DNA of 64,000 nucleotides, taken from the sequence record NZ_LR134463.1. The stretch is one strand, 5' to 3'. The stretch's first letter is position 1, and every line of letters begins with the position of its first letter. Source of the DNA: a plasmid. A program made the position numbers and the translations under genes. The notes beneath the pieces were generated by a model. The model made no database searches. It was not told where the DNA came from and saw nothing but the letters and a program-made list of their open reading frames with translations. This document shows, piece after piece, positions 1 through 10,560 of this stretch.

Positions 1-135
1 ATCCTCGAGGTGCTCAAGCTCGCGACGACGGTCGGGGTGCACTCGATCAACGTCGGTGCGCCGATCCTGATGGAGGAGCTGCAGGCGCGGGAGCGCGCGT
101 CCGGCGACCGGGGAGGGGCCCGGGACGGGGCGTAG
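1..135 (+). CDS. 3' end of an upstream gene (C-terminal 44 codons, ...ILEVLKLATTVGVHSINVGAPILMEELQARERASGDRGGARDGA*); function not recognisable from this fragment
   Basis: Open frame 1 running to TAG at 133-135, continuous with window edge; not in ORF track because 5'-truncated. Confidence 0.3.
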   Translation: MLEVLKLATTVGVHSINVGAPILMEELQARERASGDRGGARDGA

Positions 136-171
136 GCCGAGCGCGCCGCCGCGGGACCGCCGCGGCGGCGC

Positions 172-2334
172 GTGTCGGTGGGGCCGTCTAGCCTCGGGGT
201 GCAACCGATCAGGGGAGTCTCGGCGATGACGGAACGACAGCTCACGGGAGAGCGGGCGGAGCGCGCCCGGCGGGTGATCGAGGCCCTCGCGGGGCCCGGC
301 GCGGCGCTGCGGGACGACCAGGAGACGGCGGTCGCGGCACTGCTCGAGCCGGCGGCGCGCGTGCTCGTGGTGCAGGCCACGGGGTGGGGCAAGTCCGCGG
401 TGTACTGGGTCGCCACCGCGCTGCGGCGTGCGGAGGGGGCTGGCCCGGCGCTCATCGTGTCGCCGCTGCTCTCGCTCATGCGCGACCAGGTCGCGGCCGC
501 CGAGCGCGCGGGGCTGCGCGCCTCGACCCTGAACTCGTCGAACTTCGAGGAGTGGAACGCGATCGAGGCGGCCCTGGCCGCCGGCGAGATCGACGTGCTG
601 CTGGTCTCGCCGGAGCGCCTCGCCAACCCGTCCTTCGGGCGGCGCGTCCTCGACGCGCTCGAGGGCTCCCTCGGCCTGCTGGTGATCGACGAGGCGCACG
701 CGGTTTCGGACTGGGGCCACGACTTCCGGCCCGACTACCGCCGCGTCTCCGACGTGCTCACCCGGCTGCACCCGCAGACCCCGGTGCTTGCCACCACCGC
801 GACCGCGAACGCCCGCGTCACCGACGACGTGGCCGCGCAGCTCGGCGACGCCACGCTGGTGCTGCGGGGGCCGCTGGCGCGCCGGTCCCTGCAGCTCAAC
901 GTGCTGCCGGCGCTCGCCCCGATAACCCGGTACGCGTGGGTCGCGCGACACCTGCCGGACCTGCCCGGCTCCGGCATCGTCTACGCGCTGACGGTGGCCG
1001 ACGCCGAGCGCCTCGTCGACGGGATCCGTGCGGTGCACGGACCCGGGTACCCGGTCGCGGCGTACACCGGCAAGCTCGACCCGGACACCCGCGCCCGCCT
1101 CGAGGACGCCCTGCGCGCCAACGAGATCAAGGCCCTGGTGGCCACGTCGGCGCTCGGCATGGGCTTCGACAAGCCCGACCTGGGTTTCGTCGTGCACGTC
1201 GGCTCGCCGCCCTCGCCCGTCTCCTACTACCAGCAGGTCGGTCGTGCCGGCCGCGCCATCGACCACGCCGTCGTCGCGCTGCTGCCGTCGGAGTCCGACG
1301 CGGGTGTGTGGGACTACTTCGCCACCGCCACCATCCCGGATCCGCAGCAGATGGACCGCGTCCTCGCGGCCCTCGCGGACGACGAGACCGGGGGAGGGCA
1401 GTCGGCGATCGCCCTCGAGGCCGCGACCGGCATCCGCCGCACCCGGATCGACCTCATGCTCAAGCAGCTCGCGGTCGACGGGGCCGTGGAGCGCGTGGAG
1501 GGCGGGTACCGCGCCACCGGCGCGCCCTGGCACTACGACGGCCCCCACTACGACGGGATCGTCGCCACCCGCCGCCGCGAGGCCGACATCATGCGCGCCT
1601 ACACCCGCGGGGAGCGCTGCCTGATGCAGCTGCTCACCGAGTCGCTCGACGATCCCGAGGCCGCGCCGTGCGGCCGCTGTTCGGTGTGTCTGGGCCACGT
1701 GCCCGACGGCCTCGGTGAGCCGGTCCCGCCGGACACGGCACGGGCCGTCGCGGGAGCGCTGCGATCCCAGAGCCAGGTGCTCGAGCCGCGGAAGATGTGG
1801 CCCGGCGGCGCAGCGGGCCGTAAGGGCCGGATCCAGCCGGATCTCGCTGCCGAGCCGGGACGGGTGCTGGTCTTCGCCGACGCCCCGGAGTGGACGGGCA
1901 CCGTCGGGGCCGCGCGAGCCGCCGATCCGCAGGCGATCGCCGACCTCGGGGACGCCGCCGTCGCCGCGCTGTCGCGCTGGCGCGACCAGTGGCGCGCCCG
2001 GCCCGAGATCGTCGCCTCCCTGCAGCTGACCGACCGCTCCGCGCCCGTCCAGCCCGTCGCGGACCGGATCGCCGAGGTGGGCAGGCTGGAGCGGGTGAGC
2101 CTGCCGGTGCCCCGCGGTCCCGCGCCCGGCAGGGACGCCTCCGGGGCGCAGGAGGCCGCGCACTGGCTCGACGCGATCGACGCCGGTCCGGCCGCCGCGG
2201 CCGTCCGGGGCCGGTCCGTGCTGCTCGTCGTCGATGAATCCGGCACGGGCTGGGCTGTGACCGTCGCGGCGGCCCGGCTGCGGGAGGCCGGCGCGGCCGT
2301 GGTGTTGCCGCTGGTGGTGCACCGTCCCGCCTGA
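172..2334 (+). CDS. recQ: RecQ-family ATP-dependent DNA helicase (720 aa) with atypical Pro/Ala/Arg-rich C-terminal extension
   Basis: Walker A 'ATGWGKSAVYW', DEAH box 'LVIDEAHAVSDWGHDFRPDY', helicase motifs IV-VI ('QQVGRAGR'), RecQ Zn-finger 'CLMQLL...CGRCSVC'; C-terminal 'VLLVVDESGTGWAV...AGAAVVLPL' resembles a degenerate PRTase/ComF-type motif. Confidence 0.8.
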   Translation: MSVGPSSLGVQPIRGVSAMTERQLTGERAERARRVIEALAGPGAALRDDQETAVAALLEPAARVLVVQATGWGKSAVYWVATALRRAEGAGPALIVSPLLSLMRDQVAAAERAGLRASTLNSSNFEEWNAIEAALAAGEIDVLLVSPERLANPSFGRRVLDALEGSLGLLVIDEAHAVSDWGHDFRPDYRRVSDVLTRLHPQTPVLATTATANARVTDDVAAQLGDATLVLRGPLARRSLQLNVLPALAPITRYAWVARHLPDLPGSGIVYALTVADAERLVDGIRAVHGPGYPVAAYTGKLDPDTRARLEDALRANEIKALVATSALGMGFDKPDLGFVVHVGSPPSPVSYYQQVGRAGRAIDHAVVALLPSESDAGVWDYFATATIPDPQQMDRVLAALADDETGGGQSAIALEAATGIRRTRIDLMLKQLAVDGAVERVEGGYRATGAPWHYDGPHYDGIVATRRREADIMRAYTRGERCLMQLLTESLDDPEAAPCGRCSVCLGHVPDGLGEPVPPDTARAVAGALRSQSQVLEPRKMWPGGAAGRKGRIQPDLAAEPGRVLVFADAPEWTGTVGAARAADPQAIADLGDAAVAALSRWRDQWRARPEIVASLQLTDRSAPVQPVADRIAEVGRLERVSLPVPRGPAPGRDASGAQEAAHWLDAIDAGPAAAAVRGRSVLLVVDESGTGWAVTVAAARLREAGAAVVLPLVVHRPA

Positions 2335-2430
2335 CCCGCGCGAGATGTGGAACACTGGAACACCGAGTGCTGCCTAACACCCGGGCGGCGAGGCCGCGGA
2401 TCGTCCGCGGCCACACCACCGAGGAGAACC

Positions 2431-2769
2431 ATGCCGAACCTGATCCTGCCCCTGCTGCTCGTCCTGATGCTCGTCTTCATGTTCTTCCAGTTCCGGAAGC
2501 AGAAGAAGCAGATGAACGAGACCATGGAGATGCAGGCCGCCCTCACCGTGGGCACCAAGGTCATGACCAGCACGGGCCTGTACGGCACCGTCGTGGGCCT
2601 CGGCGAGGACACGATCGACCTGGAGATCGCCCCCGGCATCACCACCACCTGGGTGCGCCGCGCCGTCGCGAAGGTGCTGACCCCGGAGGAGCTCGGCGCC
2701 CCGTCGATCGAGACCATCACCGAGGACGAGGGCCAGATCGACCTCGACAAGCGCTCCGAGGACCGCTGA
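2431..2769 (+). CDS. yajC: preprotein translocase subunit YajC
   Basis: Small single-TM protein 'MPNLILPLLLVLMLVFMFFQFRKQKKQ...GTVVGLGEDTIDLEIAPGI' typical YajC; GAGGAG SD 6 nt upstream of ATG 2431; followed by secD-secF. Confidence 0.85.
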   Translation: MPNLILPLLLVLMLVFMFFQFRKQKKQMNETMEMQAALTVGTKVMTSTGLYGTVVGLGEDTIDLEIAPGITTTWVRRAVAKVLTPEELGAPSIETITEDEGQIDLDKRSEDR

Positions 2770-2794
2770 CCCGCATCACCGTCACCACTTCAGC

Positions 2795-2827
2795 GAACGT
2801 CTTCGGCGGAGCCCGCCGGAGACGTTC
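2795..2827 (+). other. Stable RNA hairpin (15-bp stem incl. one G.U, 3-nt loop) in yajC-secD intergenic leader
   Basis: GAACGTCTTCGGCGG-agc-CCGCCGGAGACGTTC; no U-tract; sits 27 nt upstream of secD GTG and just 5' of its GAGGAG SD. Confidence 0.4.
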
Positions 2828-2853
2828 TCCACGCCGAGGAGTCGTAACCGCCC

Positions 2854-4416
2854 GTGGCCAGGAAAACATCGAGCAGCGACCGCACCGAGTCGCGGCTCCT
2901 CATCGCCTTCGGGCTGATCTTGCTCGTGGTGTTCGGGCTGGTCTTCTTCACCGGAGACCGGGAGCCGAAGCCCAAACTCGGCATCGACCTGCAGGGCGGC
3001 ACCTCCGTCGTGCTGCAGGCCGTCACGCCCGACGGTAAGGCGCCCGAGGCGGACAAGATGGAGCAGGCGCGCGACATCATCAACAAGCGCGTCAACGGTC
3101 TCGGCGTCTCCGGCTCGGAGGTCAAGATCAGCGGGCGGAACCTGATCATCACGGTGCCCGGCTCCGACGGTGACCAGGCCCGCACCCTCGGCCAGACGGC
3201 CCAGCTCAAGGTGCGCCCGGTGCTCGCCACCCAGGCCGCCCCCGCGGTCAACACCCCCGCTCCCGACCTGACCGACCCGGCTGCGGCGAAGAAGGCGATC
3301 GACGAGGCGCGCGCGACGCGTCAGTCGACCGACCCCGCTGTGCAGAAGAAGGCCATCGAGTCGCTCAACTGCAACGCCCCGTCGGACCCGCTGGCCGGCA
3401 ACGACGACCCGTCCAAGCCCCTCATCACCTGCGATCGTCCCGACGAGCGCAAGGAGGGGCAGCCGAGCTCCGTCTACACGCTGGGACCGGCGATCATCGA
3501 CGGCCAGTCCATCAAGAACGCCTCGTCGGGCATCCCGCAGAACCAGGTCCAGTACGTCGTGACCCTCGAGTTCACCGGCGAGGCCTCGCGGGTGTGGGCC
3601 GACTTCACGTCGAAGAACGTCGGCAAGCAGGCGGCGTTCGTGCTCGACTCGCAGGTCATCACCGCGCCCAACATCAACGGCCCCATCACCGGCGGCCAGA
3701 CCCAGATCACGGGCGACTTCAACCAGCAGACCGCCGGCGACCTCGCGGGCGTGCTCAAGTACGGCTCGCTGCCGCTGTCCTTCAAGCCCGGTACCGCGCA
3801 GACCGTCAGCGCGACGCTCGGCTTCGAGTCCCTCAAGGCCGGCCTCATCGCCGGCGCGATCGGCCTGGTGCTCGTGCTGATCTACGCGCTGGCCTACTAC
3901 CGCGCGCTCGGCGTGCTGGTCGCGCTGTCGCTGGCGCTGTCGATCGCGCTGCTCTACGGGCTGCTCGTGCTGCTGGGCCGGTGGATCGGCTACTCGCTCG
4001 ACCTCGCGGGCATCGCCGGCATCATCATCGGCATCGGCATGACCGCCGACTCCTTCGTCGTGTACTTCGAGCGCATCAAGGACGAGATCAGAGAGGGCCG
4101 AAGTTTCCGGTCCGCGGTGCCACGCGGCTGGGCGAGCGCCCGCCGCACCATCTGGACGGGCAACGCGGTGTCGCTGCTCTCAGCGGTCGTGCTGTACGTC
4201 CTGGCCGTCGGCGACGTCCAGGGCTTCGCCTTCACGCTCGGCCTGTCGACGATCCTCGACGTCGTCATCGTCTTCCTCGTGACGCACCCGCTGGTGTACT
4301 TCGCGTCGAAGACCGACTTCTTCGCCAAGCCGTCGATGAACGGCCTCGGCGCCGTGGCCGCCATCGGCCGTGAGCGCAAGCGCGCCGCAGCTACCACCGG
4401 GGAGGCGTCCGCATGA
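2854..4416 (+). CDS. secD: protein translocase subunit SecD
   Basis: N-terminal TM, large periplasmic domain 'GIDLQGGTSVVLQA', C-terminal 6-TM bundle; ATGA overlap with secF. Confidence 0.9.
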   Translation: MARKTSSSDRTESRLLIAFGLILLVVFGLVFFTGDREPKPKLGIDLQGGTSVVLQAVTPDGKAPEADKMEQARDIINKRVNGLGVSGSEVKISGRNLIITVPGSDGDQARTLGQTAQLKVRPVLATQAAPAVNTPAPDLTDPAAAKKAIDEARATRQSTDPAVQKKAIESLNCNAPSDPLAGNDDPSKPLITCDRPDERKEGQPSSVYTLGPAIIDGQSIKNASSGIPQNQVQYVVTLEFTGEASRVWADFTSKNVGKQAAFVLDSQVITAPNINGPITGGQTQITGDFNQQTAGDLAGVLKYGSLPLSFKPGTAQTVSATLGFESLKAGLIAGAIGLVLVLIYALAYYRALGVLVALSLALSIALLYGLLVLLGRWIGYSLDLAGIAGIIIGIGMTADSFVVYFERIKDEIREGRSFRSAVPRGWASARRTIWTGNAVSLLSAVVLYVLAVGDVQGFAFTLGLSTILDVVIVFLVTHPLVYFASKTDFFAKPSMNGLGAVAAIGRERKRAAATTGEASA

Positions 4417-5549
4417 CCGACACCAGCATCGAGAGCGAGAAGAAGGCCTCCTTCTTCACCAAGCTCTACACCGGTACCGGCGCCTTCGACATCGTCGGCA
4501 AGCGCAACCGCTACTACATCGCGACCGGCGTCATCATCGTGATCGCCATCCTGGGCATCCTGATCCCCGGCTTCAAGTTCAGCATCGACTTCGAGGGCGG
4601 TACCCAGATCTCGTTCCCCGTCGGGAACGCCCAGGTCGACACCGCCAAGGTGCGCGAGACGGTGCGCGAGGCGACGGGCGTCGAGCCCTCGGCCGTCCAG
4701 ACCGCCGGCACCGGCGCGGCGCAGACCTACCAGGTGGCGCTGTCCGAGCTGAGCAACAACCAGATCACGCAGGCGCGGGACGCCCTGTTCGAGACGTTCC
4801 ACCCGCCCGCACAGGACGGCAAGCCCGCCGAGAACACGATCAGCTTCTCGGGCGTGAGCTCGACCTGGGGCGATCAGATCACCCAGCGCGGCCTGCTCGC
4901 GCTCGCGGTGTTCCTCGTGCTGGTCACCGTGTACATCGCGGTCCGCTTCCGCGAGTGGGACATGGCGCTCGCCGCGCTCGCGTCGCTGTTCTTCGACGTG
5001 GTGGTCACCGCGGGCGTGTACGCGTGGTCCGGCTTCGAGGTCAGCCCGGCGACCGTGATCGGCCTGCTCACGATCCTCGGCTTCTCCCTGTACGACACGG
5101 TCGTCGTCTTCGACAAGGTCGAGGAGAACGTGCGCGGCGTGCTCAACACCAGTAGGCGCACCTACGCCGAACAGGCGAACCTCGCGATCAACCAGACACT
5201 GATGCGCTCGATCAACACGACCGTGATCTCGGCGCTGCCGATCATCGCGCTCATGGTCGTCGCCGCCGGCATGCTGGGCGTCGGCACGCTCATGGACCTG
5301 GGCCTGATCCAGCTGGTCGGCGTCGTGGTCGGCACGTACTCGTCCGTCTTCTTCGCCGCGCCGCTGCTGGTCACGCTCAAGGAGCGCCGCCCGCAGTACA
5401 AGGCGCACAACCAGAAGGTGCTGGCTCGCCGGGCGCGCGCCGAGGCGGGGGAGACCGCCGACGCGGTGGCCGCGACGGACGCGGGCGCGGTGCAGCTCGA
5501 CAAGGCTCCCGCCCGGCCGCAGACCAAGCGCAGCCGTCGTCGTGACTGA
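4413..5549 (+). CDS. secF: protein translocase subunit SecF
   Basis: '[42 protein letters not shown]' SecF signature; follows secD. Confidence 0.9.
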   Translation: MTDTSIESEKKASFFTKLYTGTGAFDIVGKRNRYYIATGVIIVIAILGILIPGFKFSIDFEGGTQISFPVGNAQVDTAKVRETVREATGVEPSAVQTAGTGAAQTYQVALSELSNNQITQARDALFETFHPPAQDGKPAENTISFSGVSSTWGDQITQRGLLALAVFLVLVTVYIAVRFREWDMALAALASLFFDVVVTAGVYAWSGFEVSPATVIGLLTILGFSLYDTVVVFDKVEENVRGVLNTSRRTYAEQANLAINQTLMRSINTTVISALPIIALMVVAAGMLGVGTLMDLGLIQLVGVVVGTYSSVFFAAPLLVTLKERRPQYKAHNQKVLARRARAEAGETADAVAATDAGAVQLDKAPARPQTKRSRRRD

Positions 5550-6102
5550 CGCGGCCCGCGCGGCCGTCGCCGCGCACACGCGGCACGTCGCCGGGTTCCC
5601 GGAGCCCGGGGTGGTCTTCGCCGACCTCACGCCCGTCTTCGCCGACGGTGCCGCCCTCGCGGCGGTCATCGACGGGCTCGCCGCGGCGGGCCGCGGGCCG
5701 GACGGCGCCGCCACCGTCGACCTGGTGGCCGGGTTGGACGCCCGGGGCTTCCTCCTGGGCTCCGGTGTGGCGCTGCGGCTGGGCGTGGGCACCCTCGCGG
5801 TGCGGAAGGCCGGCAAGCTGCCGCCGCCCGTACTGCGCGAGGAGTACCAGCTCGAATACGGTTCCGCGGCACTGGAGATCCCCGCCGAGGGCATCGCGCT
5901 GGAGGGCAGGCGGATCCTCATCGTCGACGACGTCCTCGCCACCGGCGGCACCGTCTCCGCGGCCGTCGCGCTGCTGCGTCGCGCGGGGGCGATCGTCGAG
6001 CGCGTGTCCGTCGTCCTGGAGCTCGAAGCGCTCGGCGGACGGGCGCGACTGCAGGAATTGCCCGCCGGGGGCATCGCGGTCTCGGCGATCTCGGTAGGCT
6101 GA
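5542..6102 (+). CDS. apt: adenine phosphoribosyltransferase
   Basis: PRPP-binding motif '[13 protein letters not shown]'; size 186 aa; conserved position between secF and relA. Confidence 0.85.
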   Translation: MTDAARAAVAAHTRHVAGFPEPGVVFADLTPVFADGAALAAVIDGLAAAGRGPDGAATVDLVAGLDARGFLLGSGVALRLGVGTLAVRKAGKLPPPVLREEYQLEYGSAALEIPAEGIALEGRRILIVDDVLATGGTVSAAVALLRRAGAIVERVSVVLELEALGGRARLQELPAGGIAVSAISVG

Positions 6103-6141
6103 ATCCCTAGTCCAGTCACGTCGTCCGGGCGGGGAGGCACC

Positions 6142-8484
6142 ATGTCGCTGCAGTCTCAAGGTTCCGACGCCGCGCGCACACCCGCCGGGGCGGGGCAGCA
6201 GGGCCCGCCCAACCTGGAGACCACGGGGTCCACCACGCGCCGAGTGCGGGCGCGCCTGGCCCGCCGGATGACGGGTACGCGCAACCATGTGCGACCCGTG
6301 CTCGAGCCCCTGGTGGCGCTGCACCGGGAGGTGTACCCCAAGGCCGACGTCGCGCTCATCGAGCGGGCGTACGACGTGGCGGAGCAGCGGCACGCCAGCC
6401 AGATGCGCAAGTCGGGCGACCCGTACATCACGCACCCCCTCGCCGTGGCGACGATCCTCGCCGAGCTCGGCATGGACACCACGACCCTGGTCGCGGCGCT
6501 GTTGCACGACACCGTCGAGGACACCGGCTACAGCCTCGAGCAGCTCACCGCCGAGTTCGGCCCCGAAGTGGCGCACCTGGTGGACGGCGTCACCAAGCTG
6601 GACAAGGTGGCGCTCGGCAGCGCCGCCGAGGCCGAGACGATCCGCAAGATGATCATCGCCATGGCCCGCGACCCGCGGGTGCTGGTGATCAAGGTCGCGG
6701 ACCGGCTGCACAACATGCGGACCATGCGCTTCCTGCCGCCCGAGAAGCAGGCCCGCAAGGCGCGCGAGACCCTCGAGGTGATCGCGCCGCTCGCGCACCG
6801 CCTGGGCATGGCGACCGTGAAGTGGGAGCTGGAGGACCTGGCCTTCGCCATCCTCCACCCGAAGAAGTACGACGAGATCGTGCGGCTGGTGGCCGACCGG
6901 GCACCGTCGCGCGACACCTACCTGGCATCCGTGCGCGCCGAGATCAACGGCGCGCTCGCGGCGCAGCGGATCGTCGCCGACGTGCAGGGCCGGCCCAAGC
7001 ACTACTGGTCGATCTACCAGAAGATGATCGTCAAGGGGCGCGACTTCGACGACATCCACGACCTGGTCGGCGTGCGGATCCTGTGCGACGAGGTGCGCGA
7101 CTGCTACGCCGCCGTCGGCACCGTCCACTCGCTGTGGCAGCCCATGGCCGGGCGGTTCAAGGACTACATCGCGCAGCCGCGGTACGGCGTCTACCAGTCG
7201 CTGCACACCACCGTCATCGGCCCGGAGGGCAAGCCCCTCGAGGTGCAGATCCGTACCCGCGAGATGCACCGGACCGCGGAGTTCGGCATCGCCGCGCACT
7301 GGCGGTACAAGGAGACCAAGGGCCGCGCGGGCGGGGGCGCCAAGAACTCGGACCTGACCGAGGTCGACGACATGGCGTGGATGCGCCAGCTCCTCGACTG
7401 GCAGCGGGAAGCGGCGGACCCGGGGGAGTTCCTCGAGTCGCTCCGCTACGACCTCGCGGTCAAGGAGATCTTCGTCTTCACGCCCAAGGGCGACGTGATC
7501 ACGCTGCCCGCGGGCAGCACCCCGGTGGACTTCGCCTACGCGGTGCACACCGAGGTGGGGCACCGCTGCATCGGCGCCCGCGTGAACGGCCGGCTCGTCG
7601 CCCTGGAGCGCAAGCTCGAGAACGGCGAGGTCGTCGAGGTCTTCACCAGCAAGGCCGAGAACGCCGGCCCGTCGCGCGACTGGCAGTCCTTCGTGGTCTC
7701 CCCGCGGGCCAAGGCCAAGATCCGGCAGTGGTTCGCGAAGGAGCGCCGTGAGGAGGCTCTGGAGAACGGCCGCGACGCCATCGCCAAGGAGGTGCGCCGT
7801 TCGGGCCTCCCGCTGCAACGTCTGACGAACGCGGAGTCGATGGCGGGCATCGCCAAGGAACTGCGCTACGCGGACGTCTCCGCGCTGTACACGGCCGTCG
7901 GCGAGCACCAGGTGTCGGCGCACACCGTCGTTCAGCGCATGGTCGAGCAGCTGGGCGGGATCGAGGAGGCCACCGAGGAGCTCGCCGAGCGCAGCACCCC
8001 GTCGACCTTCTCCGGGCCCACGGCGACGACCGACGTGGGCGTGCTCGTCACCGGGCAGCCGGGCGTGCTGGCGAAGCTCGCCAAGTGCTGCACGCCGGTG
8101 CCGGGCGACGAGATCGTCGGCTTCGTCACCCGCGGCGGCGGCGTCAGCGTGCACCGCACGGACTGCACCAACGTGGCGGAGCTCCGCAAGGAGCCGGAGC
8201 GCTTCCTCGACGTGAAGTGGGCGCCGTCCGCGTCGTCGGTCTTCCTCGTCGCGATCCAGGTGGAGGCGCTCGACCGGCACCGCCTGCTCTCCGACGTGAC
8301 GAAGGTGCTCGCCGACGAGAAGGTCAACATCCTCTCGGCGTCGGTGACCACGTCGCGCGACCGGGTGGCGGTGTCGCGCTTCACCTTCGAGATGGGGGAT
8401 CCGAAGCACCTCGGCCACGTGCTCAACGTGGTGCGCAACGTCGAGGGCGTCTACGACGTCTACCGCGTGACGTCGGCGCAGTAG
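6142..8484 (+). CDS. relA: bifunctional (p)ppGpp synthetase/hydrolase Rel
   Basis: HD hydrolase domain ('[12 protein letters not shown]...HDTVED'), RelA/SpoT synthetase domain, TGS and ACT C-terminal domains; 780 aa; GGGAGG SD upstream. Confidence 0.9.
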   Translation: MSLQSQGSDAARTPAGAGQQGPPNLETTGSTTRRVRARLARRMTGTRNHVRPVLEPLVALHREVYPKADVALIERAYDVAEQRHASQMRKSGDPYITHPLAVATILAELGMDTTTLVAALLHDTVEDTGYSLEQLTAEFGPEVAHLVDGVTKLDKVALGSAAEAETIRKMIIAMARDPRVLVIKVADRLHNMRTMRFLPPEKQARKARETLEVIAPLAHRLGMATVKWELEDLAFAILHPKKYDEIVRLVADRAPSRDTYLASVRAEINGALAAQRIVADVQGRPKHYWSIYQKMIVKGRDFDDIHDLVGVRILCDEVRDCYAAVGTVHSLWQPMAGRFKDYIAQPRYGVYQSLHTTVIGPEGKPLEVQIRTREMHRTAEFGIAAHWRYKETKGRAGGGAKNSDLTEVDDMAWMRQLLDWQREAADPGEFLESLRYDLAVKEIFVFTPKGDVITLPAGSTPVDFAYAVHTEVGHRCIGARVNGRLVALERKLENGEVVEVFTSKAENAGPSRDWQSFVVSPRAKAKIRQWFAKERREEALENGRDAIAKEVRRSGLPLQRLTNAESMAGIAKELRYADVSALYTAVGEHQVSAHTVVQRMVEQLGGIEEATEELAERSTPSTFSGPTATTDVGVLVTGQPGVLAKLAKCCTPVPGDEIVGFVTRGGGVSVHRTDCTNVAELRKEPERFLDVKWAPSASSVFLVAIQVEALDRHRLLSDVTKVLADEKVNILSASVTTSRDRVAVSRFTFEMGDPKHLGHVLNVVRNVEGVYDVYRVTSAQ

Positions 8485-8535
8485 GCGCTCCGCAGCGGCG
8501 CCGCCCGCCACGGACGCACGCGCGCGGCGCACCGA

Positions 8536-8573
8536 ACGACGAAGGCCCCCGCCGGAGCGGGGGCCTTCGTCGT
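8536..8573. terminator. Bidirectional factor-independent terminator hairpin between convergent relA and ppiB
   Basis: Perfect 17-bp inverted repeat ACGACGAAGGCCCCCGC-cgga-GCGGGGGCCTTCGTCGT between two convergent stop codons. Confidence 0.5.
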
Positions 8574-8580
8574 GCTTCGA

Positions 8581-9714
8581 CTACTGGGCGGCGAGCGCCA
8601 TGGTGGTGATGTCCACCGGGTCCTTGGGCTTGCCGTCGGTGACGGGGGTGCCCGGCTTCGGGGCGGGATCGCCCGGCTTGGGCACGATGCCCTTCTTGGC
8701 GATCTGCTGCAGCACGGTCAGGCCGGCGTCGTCGGTCTTGCCGATCACGGAGTAGTTCGCGGGCAGCGTGGTGTCCTTGTAGACGAGGAAGAACTGGCTC
8801 GAGCCCGTGTTGTACGTGCCCTCCTGGCCCGTCTGCGGGTTCGACTGCTGGTTCGCGTTCGCGACGGCGATCGTCCCGGCCGGGTAGATCACGTTCTGCG
8901 CGGCCTGCATCGGGTTGCTCTCGGCGGACGCCGCCTTGAGGAACTTCGGCGCCTCGTCGGGCGAGGTCCAGCTCGGGCCGCCGAGGCCGGTGGCCGACGG
9001 ATCGCCGCACTGCAGCACGAACAGGCCGCTCTTCTTGTCGGCGGCCTCGCTGGCGGTCTCGCGGTGGCAGGTGGTGGCGTCGAAGTACTTCGCCTGCATC
9101 AGCGCGACGAAGGTCTCCACGTTGCACGGCGCCTTCGACCGGTCAAGCTCGAAGCCGATCGGGCCGCTGTTGGTGGTGATCGTGCCCGTCATCGTGCCGG
9201 TGTTCGGGACGTCCTTGCCCTCGGGCTTGGTGAGCGACTTGTTGCGCTCGGTGAGCTTGTCGAGCGTCGGCAGCTGCTTCTCGGCCTCGGCGATCGACTT
9301 CTCCGAGCTGTCGGTCTGCTCGATCGCGGCGTCGATCTGCTGCTGGAAGGACGCCTTCTGGTCCGCCGGCATCGTGGGCAGGCGCTTCTGCGCGTCCGCG
9401 ATCTGGGTGCGCATCGTCGCGATCTGCTTCTTCTGCGAATCGATGCTCTTGCGGGCATCGGCCGCGGGATCGCGGTCGCCGAAGTCGCAGGTCACGTGGA
9501 GCGACTTGAACTTGTTCTCCGCGGCGACGCGCAACGGCGCCCGCGGGCCCGCCGGGACCCAGATGTAGGCGGCGACGACGGCGGCCACCGCCACCACGGC
9601 GACACCCGCCCCGATGGCCTTCACCTTGCGCTTGCGCGCGTCGGCCTCACGCCGCTCATTCTGCTTCGCCAGCTTCTCGCGGGCTGCCTGGCGGCGCTCT
9701 TCATTGCTCGGCAC
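8581..9714 (-). CDS. ppiB: membrane-anchored cyclophilin-type peptidyl-prolyl cis-trans isomerase (PpiB-like) with long coiled-coil linker
   Basis: N-terminal TM 'AIGAGVAVVAVAAVVAAYIWV'; K/Q/E-rich linker; C-terminal cyclophilin core 'GPIGFELDRSKAPCNVETFVALMQAKYF...SSQFFLVYKDT'; position matches Mtb ppiB next to relA. Confidence 0.8.
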   Translation of the reverse strand: MPSNEERRQAAREKLAKQNERREADARKRKVKAIGAGVAVVAVAAVVAAYIWVPAGPRAPLRVAAENKFKSLHVTCDFGDRDPAADARKSIDSQKKQIATMRTQIADAQKRLPTMPADQKASFQQQIDAAIEQTDSSEKSIAEAEKQLPTLDKLTERNKSLTKPEGKDVPNTGTMTGTITTNSGPIGFELDRSKAPCNVETFVALMQAKYFDATTCHRETASEAADKKSGLFVLQCGDPSATGLGGPSWTSPDEAPKFLKAASAESNPMQAAQNVIYPAGTIAVANANQQSNPQTGQEGTYNTGSSQFFLVYKDTTLPANYSVIGKTDDAGLTVLQQIAKKGIVPKPGDPAPKPGTPVTDGKPKDPVDITTMALAAQ

Positions 9715-9822
9715 GGTGTGACGACCTCCTCATTACCGACATCCGGCGGGCACAACTGATCGCCAAGTCTGCCAGCTAAACCTGATAGACGCCGTCACCG
9801 GGTCTGGTGCCACAATGGTCGG

Positions 9823-10560
9823 ATGCTGATCACCGGATTCCCCGCGGGGGTGTTCCAGACCAATTGCTACGTCGTCGCGGCCGGTCCGGACTCCGACGCC
9901 GTCGTCATCGACCCCGGTCAGGACGCCGTCGAGCCCCTCAAGCAGCTGCTGGCCGAGCACCGCCTGAACCCCGTCGCGGTCCTGCTCACGCACGGTCACC
10001 TCGACCACACGTGGACCGCGCAGCCCTTCGCCGACGAGTACGGCATCCCCGTGCACATCCACGAGGGCGACCGCCCGATGCTCGCGGATCCCGCCGTCGG
10101 GATCGGCGCGGCGCTCGGCGCGATGATCGGCGACCAGGTCTTCGTCGAGCCGCAGAAGGTCATCGACCTCGTCGACGGCGAGCCCGTCACCCTGGCCGGG
10201 ATCACCTTCGGGGTCGACCACGCGCCCGGCCACTCCGCGGGCTCGATCGTCTTCACCGTCGAGGCCCCCGCGGTCGACGGTGCCGGTGCCCCGGTCGAGG
10301 GCGAGACGGTCACCGTCGCCTTCGACGGCGACGTGCTGTTCCAGGGCTCCATCGGCCGGACCGACCTCCCGGGCGGCAGTCACGAGCAGCTGCTGGGCTC
10401 GATCGCGGCGAAGCTGCTGCCGCTGCGGGACGACACCGTCGTCCTGCCCGGGCACGGCCCGGCCACCACCATCGGACGGGAGCGGGCGTCGAACCCGTTC
10501 CTGCAGGGCCTCACCGGCACCGAGACGCCGGGTGAGCGGAAAGGACGATACGGACTGTGA
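9823..10560 (+). CDS. MBL-fold metallo-hydrolase (glyoxalase II / hydroxyacylglutathione hydrolase-like)
   Basis: '[11 protein letters not shown]' HxHxDH metal motif; 245 aa; stop overlaps hisS start (GTGA). Confidence 0.75.
   Translation: MLITGFPAGVFQTNCYVVAAGPDSDAVVIDPGQDAVEPLKQLLAEHRLNPVAVLLTHGHLDHTWTAQPFADEYGIPVHIHEGDRPMLADPAVGIGAALGAMIGDQVFVEPQKVIDLVDGEPVTLAGITFGVDHAPGHSAGSIVFTVEAPAVDGAGAPVEGETVTVAFDGDVLFQGSIGRTDLPGGSHEQLLGSIAAKLLPLRDDTVVLPGHGPATTIGRERASNPFLQGLTGTETPGERKGRYGL

Noticed and set aside
384-1718. Long alternative-frame and antisense ORFs throughout the window (e.g. 384..1718, 3990..6143-, 5377..8532-, 23920..27372-, 33480..36647-, 58216-overlapping 57119..59683) encoding Arg/Pro/Gly/Ala-rich polypeptides
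   Set aside because: Typical high-GC artefacts: they lack stop codons by chance, overlap well-supported genes out of frame, have low-complexity composition and no recognisable motifs
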